From the NCBI RefSeq assembly GCF_009914755.1, contig NC_060933.1: DNA of 64,000 nucleotides; one strand, 5' to 3'. Of this stretch, positions 40,361 through 51,849 are shown piece after piece. The stretch is from the human T2T-CHM13v2.0 reference genome, Homo sapiens. The number at the start of each line of letters is the position of its first letter. Positions within the stretch are counted from its first letter, which is position 1. A program made the translations under genes and the position numbers. The notes beneath the pieces were generated by a model that was not told where the DNA came from, did no database searches, and was given only the letters and a program-made list of their open reading frames with translations.

Positions 40361-43010
40361 TTTCCTTTCAATTCCATTCCATTACATTCGGATTGAGTCT
40401 TTTTAATTCCCTTACACTCCATTCCATTCCATTCCATTCGGGTACTTTCCATTCCATTCCATTCCATTCCACTGCATTCTATTGCACTCGCGTTGATTGA
40501 TTCCATTCCATTGCATTCCATTCCATTCCATTCCATTCCATTCCATACCATTCCATTCCATTCTGTTCAGGTTAATTCCATTCCATTCCATTCCCTTCCA
40601 TTCCATTCCATTCCATTCCATCCCATTGCAATCGAGGTGATTCCATTGCATTCCATTCCTTTCCATTCCATTGCACTCCATTCCATTCCATTCCCCTGCA
40701 CTCAGATTGATTCCATTCCATTCCTTTCCATTCCATTCCTTTCCATTCCTTTCCATTCCATTCTATTTGCGTTAATTCCGTTCCATTCCATTCCATTACA
40801 TTCCTTTGCAATCGAGTTGATTCCATTCCATTCCATTCCATTCCATTGCATTCCATTCCATTCCATGCCATTCCACTCGGGTTGATTCCATTCCTTTCCA
40901 TTCCATTCGAGTTGAATCCATTCCATTCCATTCCATTCCATTCGATTCCATTCCATTGCTCACGTGTTCATTCCATTCCATTCCATTCCATTCCATTCCA
41001 TTTCGTTCCATTCCATTCTCTTCCGTAGTATTCCATTCCATTCCATTCCAATCCATTCCATGCCATTCCACTCGGGTTTATTCCATTCCTTTCCATTCCA
41101 TTCGGGTTGAATTCATTCCATTCCATTCCATTCCATTCCATTCAATTCCATTACATTGCACTCGGGTTGATTCCATTCCATTCCATTCCATTTCAATCCA
41201 TTCCCTTCCATTCCATTTCATTCCATTCCATTCCATTCCATTCCATTCCATTCCATTCCTTTCCATTCCATTCCATGCCATTCCACTCGGGTTGATTCCA
41301 TTCCTTTCCATTCCATTCTAGTTGAACCCATTCCATTCCATTCCATTCCATTCCATTCCATTCCATTCCATTCCATTGCACACGGGTTCATTCCATTCCA
41401 TTCCATTCCATTCCATTCCATTCCATTCCATTCCATTTCGTTCCATTCCATTCTATTCCTTACCATTCCATTCCATTCCATTCCCTTCCATGCCATTTCA
41501 CTCGGGTTTATTCCATTCCTTTCCATTCCATTCGGGTTGAATCCATTCCATTCCATTCCATTCCATTCCATTGAACTCAGGTTGATTCCATTCCATTCCA
41601 TGCCATTCCATTTCATTCCATTCCATTCCATTCCATTCCATTCCATTCCATTCCGTTCCCTTCCATTCCATTACATTCGGATTGATTCTTTTTAATTCCC
41701 TTACACTCCATTACATTCCTTTCCATTCGGGTACTTTCCATTCCATTCCATTCCATTCCACTGCATTCTATTGCACTCGGGTTGATTGATTCCATTCCAT
41801 TGCATTCCATTCCATTCCATTCCCCTGCACTCGGGTTGATCCCATTCCATTGCATTCCATTCCATTCCATTCCATTCCATTCCGTTCCATTCCATTCCAT
41901 TCCATTCTCTTCAGCTTAATTCCATTCCATTCCATTCCCTTCCATTCCGTTCCATTCCATTCCATTCCATTCTGTTCAGGTTAATTCCATTCCATTCCAT
42001 TCCCTTCCATTCCATTCCATTCCATTCCATCCCATTGCAATCTAGTTGATTCCATTGCATTCCATTCCATTCCATTCCATTCCATTGCATTCCATTCCAT
42101 TCCATTCCCCTGCACTCAGATTGATTCCATTCCATCCCATTCCATTCCATTCCGTTCCATTACATTCCATTCCATTCTATTCGCGTTAATTCCATTCCAT
42201 TCCATTCCATTACATTCCATTGCAATCGAGTTGATTCCATTCCATTCCGTTCCATTCCATTCCATTCCATTCCATTCCATTCCATTTCATTCCATTCCAT
42301 TCTATTCTGTACCATTCCATTCCATTCCATTCCATTCCATTCAATTCCATGCCATTCCACTCGGGTTGATTCCATTGCTTTCCATTCCATTTGGGTTGAA
42401 TCCAATCCATTCCATTCCATTCCATTCCATTCCATTCCATTTCATTCCATTCCATTCCATTCCATTCCATTGCACTAGGTTTGATTCCATTCCACTGCAT
42501 TCCATTCCATTCCATTCCGTTCCATTCCATTCCATTACATTCGGATTGATTGTATTCAATTCCCTTACACTCCATTACATTCCATTACATTCGGGTTGTT
42601 TCCATTCCATTACATTCCATTCCACTCCATTCCATTGCACTCAGGTTGATTCCATTCCATTCCATTCCATTCCATTCCATTACTTTCCATTCCATTCTAT
42701 TCCGTACCATTCCATTCCATTCCATTCCATTCCATTCCATGCGATTCCACTCAGGTTTATTCCATTCCTTTCCATTCCATTCGGGTTGAATCCATTCCAT
42801 TCCATTCCATTCCATTCCATTCCTTTGCACTCGGGTTGATTCCATTCCATTCCCTGCCATTCCATTTCATTCCATTCCATTCCATTCCATTCCATTCCAT
42901 TCCATTCCATTCCACTGCATTCTATTGCACTCGGGTTGATTGATTCCATTCCATTGCATTCCATTCCATTCCATTCCATTCCATTCCATACCATTCCATT
43001 CCATTCTGTT
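36150..43010 (-). repeat. Direct duplication Q: ~36150-37790 and ~41370-43010 (offset 5217 bp)
   Basis: ORF pairs at offset 5217: 36484/41701, 36551/41768, 36694/41911, 36943/42160, 37124/42341. Shared TCTCTTCAGCTTAATT and CATGCGATTCC. Confidence 0.9.
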
Positions 43011-43802
43011 CAGGTTAATTCCATTCCATTCCATTCCCTTCCATTCCATTCCATTCCATTCCATCCCATTGCAATCGAGGTGATTCCATTGCATTCCATT
43101 CCATTCCATTCCATTGCATTCCATTCCATTGCATTCCCCTGCACTCAGATTGATTCCATTCCATTTCTTTCCATTCCATTCCATTCCATTCCTTTCCATT
43201 CCATTCTATTTGCGTTAATTCCGTTCCATTCCATTCCATTACATTCCTTTGCAATCGAGTTGATTCCATTCCATTCCGTTCCATTCCATTCCATTCCATT
43301 CCATGCCATTCCACTCGGGTTGATTCCATTCCTTTCCATTCCATTCGAGTTGAATCCATTCCATTCCATTCTATTCCATTCGATTCCATTCAATTGCTCA
43401 CTTGTTCATTCCATTCCATTCCATTCCATTCCATTCCATTCCATTTCGTTCCATTCCATTCTCTTCCGTAGTATTCCATTCCATTCCATTCCACTCCATT
43501 CCATGCCATTCCACTCGGGTTTATTCCATTCCTTTCCATTCCATTCGGGTTGAATTCATTCCATTGCATTCCATTCCATTCCATTCAATTCCATTACATT
43601 GCACTCGGGTTGATTCCATTCCATTCCATTCCATTTCAATCCATTCCCTTCCATTCCATTTCATTCCATTGCTTTCCATTCCATTCCATTCCATTCCATT
43701 CCATGCCATTCCACTCGGGTTGATTCCATTCCTTTCCATTCCATTCTAGTTGAACCCATTCCATTCCATTCCATTCCATTCCATTCCATTCCATTGCACA
43801 CG
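40460..43802 (-). repeat. Direct duplication R: ~40460-41390 and ~42905-43802 (offset ~2.42-2.46 kb), second copy ending at junction 2
   Basis: Shared GCAATCGAGGTGATT, CTATTTGCGTTAATTCCG, CTCTTCCGTAGTATT and CTAGTTGAACCC (41318/43746). Confidence 0.87.
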
Positions 43803-43812
43803 GAATGGAATG
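43791..43812. other. Strand-switch (inversion) junction 2, CATTC to GGAAT
   Basis: CCATTGCAC-ACGG-AATGGAATG. The left side is the type B module CCATTGCACACGGGTTCATT (intact at ~41373-41392), truncated after ACACGG. 2-4 bp (GG to ACGG, 43800-43803) fit both sides. Confidence 0.95.
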
Positions 43813-43996
43813 GAATGGAAACAACCCGAATGGAATGGAATGTAATGGAGTGTAAGGGAATTGAATACAATCAATCCGAATGTAAAGGAATGGAATGGAA
43901 CGGAATGGAATGGAATGGAATGCAGCAGAATGGAATCAAACCTAGTGCAATGGAATGGAATGGAATGGAATGGAATGGAATGGAATGGAATGGATT

Positions 43997-46900
43997 GGAT
44001 TCAACCCGAATAGAATGGATTCAACCCGAATGGAATGGAAAGGAATGGAATAAACCCGAGTGGAATGGCATGGAATGGAGTGGAATGGAATGGAATGGAA
44101 GGGAATGGAATGGAATGGAATGGAATGGAACGAAATGGAATGGAATGGAATGGAATGGAATGGAATGGAATGGAATGGACCCGTGTGCAATTGAATGGAA
44201 TCGAATGGAATGGAATGCAATGGAATGGATTCAACTAGAATGGAATGGAAAGGAATGGAATCAACTCGAGTGGAATGGCATGGCATGGAATGGAATGGAA
44301 TGGAATGGAATGGAATGGAAAGGTAGGGAATAGAATGGAATGGAACGAAATGGAATGGAATGGAATGGAATGAATGGCATGGAATGGAATAGAATGGAAT
44401 CCACCCGATTGCAGGGGAATGGAATGGAACGGAATGCAATGGAATGGAATGGAATGGATTCAACCCGAATGGAATGGAAAGGAATGGAATCAACCCGAGT
44501 GGAATGGCATGGAATGGAATGGAATGGAATGGAATGGAATGGTACGGAATAGAATGGAATGGAACGAAATGGAATGGAATGGAATGGAATGGAATGGAAT
44601 GGAATGGAATGGAATGGAATGGAATCAACCTGAGTGCAATGGAATGGAGTGGAATGGAATGTAATGGAACGGAAACAACCCGAATGGAATGGAATGTAAT
44701 GGAGTGTAAGGGAATTGAATACAATCAATCCGAATGTAATGGAAGGGAATGGAACGGAATGGAATGGAATGGAATGGAATGGAATGGAATGGAATGAAAT
44801 GGAATGGCAGGGAATGGAATGGAATCAACCCGAGTGCAAAGGAATGGAATGGAATGGAATGGAATGGAATGGAATGGAATGGAATGGATTCAACCCGAAT
44901 GGAATGGAAAGGAATGTAATAAACCTGAGTGGAATGGCATGGAATGGAATGGAATGGAATGGAATGGTACGGAATAGAATGGAATGGAACGAAATGGAAT
45001 GGAATGGAATGGAATGGAATGGAATCAACCTGAGTGCAATGGAATGGAGTAGAATGGAATGTAATGGAATGGAAACAACCCGAATGGAATGGAATGTAAT
45101 GGAGTGTAAGGGAATTGAGTACAATCAGTACGAATGTAATGGAATGGAATGGAACGGAATGGAATGGAATGGAAAGGAATGGAATCAACACGAGTGCAGG
45201 GGAATGGAATGGAATGGAATGCAATGGAATGGAATCATCCTGAATGGAATGGAATGCAATGGAATGGAATCAATCAACCCGAGTGCAATAGAATACAGAG
45301 GAATGGAATGGAATGGAATGGAAACTACCCGAATGGAATCGAATGTAATGGAGTGTAAGGGAATTAAAAAGAATCAATCCGAATGTAATTGAATTGAATG
45401 GAAAGGAATGGAATGGAATGGAACGGAATGGAATGGAATGGAATGAAATGGAATGGCATGGAATGGAATGGAATCAACCCGAGTTCAATGGAATGGAATG
45501 GAATGGAATGGAATGGAATGGAATGGAATGGAATGGATTCAACCCGAATGGAATGGAAAGGAATGGAATAAACCCGAGTGAAATGGCATGGAAGGGAATG
45601 GAATGGAATGGAATGGTAAGGAATAGAATGGAATGGAACGAAATGGAATGGAATGGAATGGAATGGAATGGAATGGAATGGAATGGGTTCAACTGGAATG
45701 GAATGGAAAGGAATGGAATCAACCCGAGTGCAATGGAATGGAGTGGAATGGAATGGAATGGAATGGAATCAACCCGAGTGCAATGGAATAGAATGGAATG
45801 GAATGGAATGGAATGAATTCAACCCGAATGGAATGGAAAGGAATGGAATAAACCCGAGTGGAATGGCATGGAATGGAGTGCAATGGAATGGAATGGAATG
45901 GTACGGAAGAGAATGGAATGGAACGAAATGGAATGAAATGGAATAGAATGGAATGGAATGGAATGGAATGGAATGAACCCGTGAGCAATGGAATGGAATC
46001 GAATGGAATGGAATCGAATGGAATGGATTCAACTCGAATGGAATGGAAAGAAATGGAATCAACCCGAGTGGAATGGCATGGAATGGAATCGAATGGAATG
46101 GAAAGGAATGGAATCAACCCGAGTGCAGAGGAATGGAATGGAATGGAAGGCAATGGATTGGAATGAAATGGAATGGCATGGAATGGAATGGAATCAACCC
46201 GAGTTCAATGGAATTGAATGGAATGGAATGGAATGGAATGGAATGGAATAAACTCGATTGCAAAGGAATGGAATGGAATGGAATGGAATGGAATGGAATG
46301 GAATGGAATGGAATTAACCCTAATAGAATGGAATGGAATGGAATAGAATGGAATGGAATGGAAGGGAATGGAATGGAATGGAATGGAATTAACCCGAATA
46401 GAATGGAATGGAATGGAATTGAATGGAATGGAATGGAATGGAATCAACTCGATTTCAATGGAATGGAATGGAATGGAATGGAATGGAATGGAATGGAATG
46501 GAATAGAATGGAATCCACCCGAGTGCAGGGGAATGGAATGGAATAGAATGCAATGGAATGGAATCATACGGAATGGAATGGAATGGAATGGAATTGAATG
46601 GAATGGAAAGGAATGGAAACAACCCGAATGGAAAGGAATGTGATGGATTGTAAGGGAATTGAATAGAATCAATCCGAATGTAATGGAATTGAATGGAACG
46701 GAATGGAATGGAATGGAATGGAATGGAATGGAATGCAAAGGAATGGGATCAACCCGAGTGCAATGGAATGGAATCGAAAGGAAAGGAATGGAATGGAAAG
46801 GCTTCACCCCGAATGGAATGGAAAGGAATGGAATCAACCCGAGTTGAATGGAATGGAATGGAATGGAATGGAATGGAATGGAATGGAATGCAATGGAATG

Positions 46901-49900
46901 GAACGGAATGGAATCAACCCGATTGCAATGAAACTGAATGGAATGGAATGGAATGGAATGGAATTAACCCAAATAGAATGGAATGGAATGGAATGGAATG
47001 GTATGGAATGGAATGGAACGGAATGGAATGGAATGGAATTGAATGGAATCAACCCGGGTGCAGGGGAATGCAATTGAATGGAAGGCAATGGAATGCAATC
47101 ATCCGAAATGGAATGGAATTGAATGGAATGGAATGGTTTCAACCCGAATGGAATGGAATGGAAAGGAATCAACCCGAGTGGAATGGCATGGAATGGAATG
47201 GAATGGAATGGAATGGAATGGAATGGAATGGTATGGAATAGAATGGAATGGAACGAAATGGAATGGAAGGGAATGGAATGGAATGGAATGGAATCAACCC
47301 GACTGCAATGGAATGGAGTGGAATGGAATGGAATGGAATGGAAACAACCCGAATGGAATGGAATGTAATGGAGTGTAAGGGAATTGAATACAATCAATAC
47401 GAATGTAATGGAATGGAATGGAACGGAATGGAATGGAATGGAATGGAATGGAATAGAATGGAATCCACCCGATTGCAGGGGAATGGAATGGAATGGAATG
47501 CAATGGAATGGAATGGAATGGATTCAACCCGAATAGAATGGAAAGGAAAGGAATAAACCCGAGTGAAATGGCATGGAAGGGAATGGAATGGAATGCAATG
47601 GTACGGAGTAGAATGGAATGGAACGAAATGGAATGGAATGGAATGGAATGGAATGGAATTGGATGGAATGAACCCGTGAGCAATGGAATGGAATGGAATG
47701 GAATGGAATGGAATGGAATGGAATGGAATGGGTTCAACTCGAATGGAATGGAAAGGAATGGAATCAACCCGAGTGGAATGGCATGGAATGGAATAGAATG
47801 GAATGGAATGGAATGGAATGGATTCAACCCGAATAGAATGGATTCAACCCGAATGGAATGGAAAGGAATGGAATAAACCCGAGTGGAATGGCATGGAATG
47901 GAGTGGAATGGAATGGAATGGAAGGGAATGGTACGGAATAGAATGGAATGGAACGAAATGGAATGGAATGGAATGGAATGGAATGGAATGGAATGGAATG
48001 GAATGAACCCGTGTGCAATTGAATGGAATCGAATGGAATGGAATGCAATGGAATGGATTCAACTAGAATGGAATGGAAAGGAATGGAATCAACTCGAGTG
48101 GAATGGCATGGCATGGAATGGAATGGAATGGAATGGAATGGAATGGAAAGGTAGGGAATAGAATGGAATGGAACGAAATGGAATGGAATGGAATGGAATG
48201 AATGGAATGGAATGGAATAGAATGGAATCCACCCGATTGCAGGGGAATGGAATGGAACGGAATGCAATGGAATGGAATGGAATGGATTCAACCCGAATGG
48301 AATGGAAAGGAATGGAATCAACCCGAGTGGAATGGCATGGAATGGAATGGAATGGAATGGAATGGAATGGTACGGAATAGAATGGAATGGAACGAAATGG
48401 AATGGAATGGAATGGAATGGAATGGAATGGAATCAACCTGAGTGCAATGGAATGGAGTGGAATGGAATGTAATGGAACGGAAACAACCCGAATGGAATGG
48501 AATGTAATGGAGTGTAAGGGAATTGAATACAATCAATCCGAATGTAATGGAATGGAATGGAACGGAATGGAATGGAATGGAATGGAATGGAATGGAATGG
48601 AATGGAATGGAATGAAATGGAATGGCAGGGAATGGAATGGAATCAACCCGAGTGCAAAGGAATGGAATGGAATGGAATGGAATGGAATGGAATGGAATGG
48701 AGTCAACCCGAATGGAATGGAAAGGAATGTAATAAACCTGAGTGGAATGGCATGGAATGGAATGGAATGGAATGGAATGGTACGGAATAGAATGGAATGG
48801 AACGAAATGGAATGGAATGGAATGGAATGGAATGGAATCAACCTGAGTGCAATGGAATGGAGTAGAATGGAATGTAATGGAATGGAAACAACCCGAATGG
48901 AATGGAATGTAATGGAGTGTAAGGGAATTGAGTACAATCAGTACGAATGTAATGGAATGGAATGGAACGGAATGGAATGGAATGGAAAGGAATGGAATCA
49001 ACACGAGTGCAGGGGAATGGAATGGAATGGAATGCAATGGAATGGAATCATCCTGAATGGAATGGAATGCAATGGAATGGAATCAATCAACCCGAGTGCA
49101 ATAGAATACAGAGGAATGGAATGGAATGGAATGGAAACTACCCGAATGGAATGGAATGTAATGGAGTGTAAGGGAATTAAAAAGAATCAATCCGAATGTA
49201 ATGGAATTGAACGGAAAGGAATGGAATGGAATGGAACGGAATGGAATGGAATGGAATGAAATGGAATGGCATGGAATGGAATGGAATCAACCCGAGTTCA
49301 ATGGAATGGAATGGAATGGAATGGAATGGAATGGAATGGAATGGATTCAACCCGAATGGAATGGAAAGGAATGGAATAAACCCGAGTGAAATGGCATGGA
49401 AGGGAATGGAATGGAATGGAATGGTAAGGAATAGAATGGAATGGAACGAAATGGAATGGAATGGAATGGAATGGAATGGAATGGAATGGAATGAACCCGT
49501 GTGCAAAGGAATGGAATGGAATGGAATGGAATGGAATGGAATAGAATGGAATGGGTTCAACTGGAATGGAATGGAAAGGAATGGAATCAACCCGAGTGCA
49601 ATGGAATGGAGTGGAATGGAATGGAATCGAATGGAATCAACCCGAGTGCAATGGAATAGAATGGAATGGAATGGAATGGAATGGAATGGAATGAATTCAA
49701 CCCGAATGGAATGGAAAGGAATGGAATAAACCCGAGTGGAATGGCATGGAATGGAGTGGAATGGAATGGAATGGAATGGTACGGAAGAGAATGGAATGGA
49801 ACGAAATGGAATGAAATGGAATAGAATGGAATGGAATGGAATGGAATGGAATGAACCCGTGAGCAATGGAATGGAATCGAATGGAATGGAATCGAATGGA

Positions 49901-51355
49901 ATGGATTCAACTCGAATGGAATGGAAAGTAATGGAATCAACCCGAGTGGAATGGCATGGAATGGAATCGAATGGAATGGAAAGGAATGGAATCAACCCGA
50001 GTGCAGAGGAATGGAATGGAATGGAAGGCAATGGATTGGAATGAAATGGAATGGCATGGAATGGAATGGAATCAACCCGAGTTCAATGGAATTGAATGGA
50101 ATGGAATGGAATGGAATGGAATGGAATAAACTCGATTGCAAAGGAATGGAATGGAATGGAATGGAATGGAATGGAATGGAATGGAATGGAATGGAATGGA
50201 ATTAACCCTAATAGAATGGAATGGAATGGAATAGAATGGAATGGAATGGAATGGAATGGAATGGAATGGAATGGAATTAACCCGAATAGAATGGAATGGA
50301 ATGGAATTGAATGGAATGGAATGGAATGGAATCAACTCGATTTCAATGGAATGGAATGGAATGGAATGGAATGGAATGGAATGGAATGGAATGGAATAGA
50401 ATGGAATCCACCCGAGTGCAGGGGAATGGAATGGAATAGAATGCAATGGAATGGAATCATACGGAATGGAATGGAATGGAATGGAATTGAATGGAATGGA
50501 AAGGAATGGAAACAACCCGAATGGAAAGGAATGTGATGGATTGTAAGGGAATTGAATAGAATCAATCCGAATGTAATGGAATTGAATGGAACGGAATGGA
50601 ATGGAATGGAATGGAATGGAATGGAATGGAATGCAAAGGAATGGGATCAACCCGAGTGCAATGGAATGGAATCGAAAGGAATGGAATGGAATGGAAAGGC
50701 TTCACCCCGAATGGAATGGAAAGGAATGGAATCAACCCGAGTTGAATGGAATGGAATGGAATGGAATGGAATGGAATGGAATGGAATGGAATGCAATGGA
50801 ATGGAACGGAATGGAATCAACCCGATTGCAATGAAACTGAATGGAATGGAATGGAATGGAATGGAATTAACCCAAATAGAATGGAATGGAATGGAATGGT
50901 ATGGAATGGAATGGAACGGAATGGAATGGAATGGAATTGAATGGAATCAACCCGGGTGCAGGGGAATGCAATTGAATGGAAGGCAATGGAATCCAATCAT
51001 CCGAAATGGAATGGAATTGAATGGAATGGAATGGTTTCAACCCGAATGGAATGGAATGGAAAGGAATTAACCCGAGTGGAATGGCATGGAATGGAATGGA
51101 ATGGAATGGAATGGAATGGAATGGAATGGAATGGTATGGAATAGAATGGAATGGAACGAAATGGAATGGAAGGGAATGGAATGGAATGGAATGGAATCAA
51201 CCCGACTGCAATGGAATGGAGTGGAATGGAATGGAATGGAATGGAAACAACCCGAATGGAATGGAATGTAATGGAGTGTAAGGGAATTGAATACAATCAA
51301 TACGAATGTAATGGAATGGAATGGAACGGAATGGAATGGAATGGAATGGAATGGA
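43997..51355 (+). repeat. Tandem duplication, period ~3.8-3.9 kb (~43997-47450 and ~47820-51355)
   Basis: Both copies start at GGATTCAACCCGAATAGAATGGATTCAACCCG (43997/47820). ORF pairs 44340/48168, 45149/48962, 45858/49736, 47043/50941. Shared GAGTACAATCAGTACG, AAAGGCTTCACCCCG and GCAATGAAACTGAATG. Confidence 0.9.
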
Positions 51356-51849
51356 ATGGAATGGATTCAACCCAAATGGAATGGAAAGCAATGGAATCAA
51401 CCCGAGTGGAATGGCATGGAACGGAATGGAATGGAATGGTATGGAATAGAATGGAATGCAAAGAAATGGAATGGAATGGAATGGAATGGAACGGAATGGA
51501 ATGGAAAGGAATGGAATGGAATGGAATGGAATAGAATGGAATGGAACGAAATGGAATGGAATGGAACGGAATGGAATGGAATCAATCCGAGTGGAATAGA
51601 AGGGAATGCAATCGAGTAGAATGGAAAGGAATGGAATCAACCAGAGTGGAATGGAAGGGAATGGAATGGAATGGAATGGAATGGAATGGAATCAAGTCGA
51701 TTGCAATGGAATGTAATGGAATGGAGTGGAATGGAATTAACGCGAATAGAATGGAATGGAATGGAATGGAATGGAATGGAATGGAATGGAATGGAATCAA
51801 CCTGAGTGCAGGGGAATGGAATGCAATGGAATGCAATGGAATGCAAAGG

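Larger units (their letters stand above)
7588..43802 (-). repeat. HSat3 block 2, inverted (CATTC on +), ~36.2 kb
   Basis: C-rich strand on + throughout; the same modules appear as reverse complements (ACTCGGGTTGATTCC, AATCGAGTTGATTCC). Confidence 0.95.

Noticed and set aside
42390-44010. Perfect fold-back palindrome centred on junction 2
   Set aside because: The immediate flanks are not reverse complements. 43805-44010 resembles the reverse complement of ~42390-42620, but the same cassette recurs several times in type B (~26620, ~27430, ~30810, ~37170), so the match is not specific.
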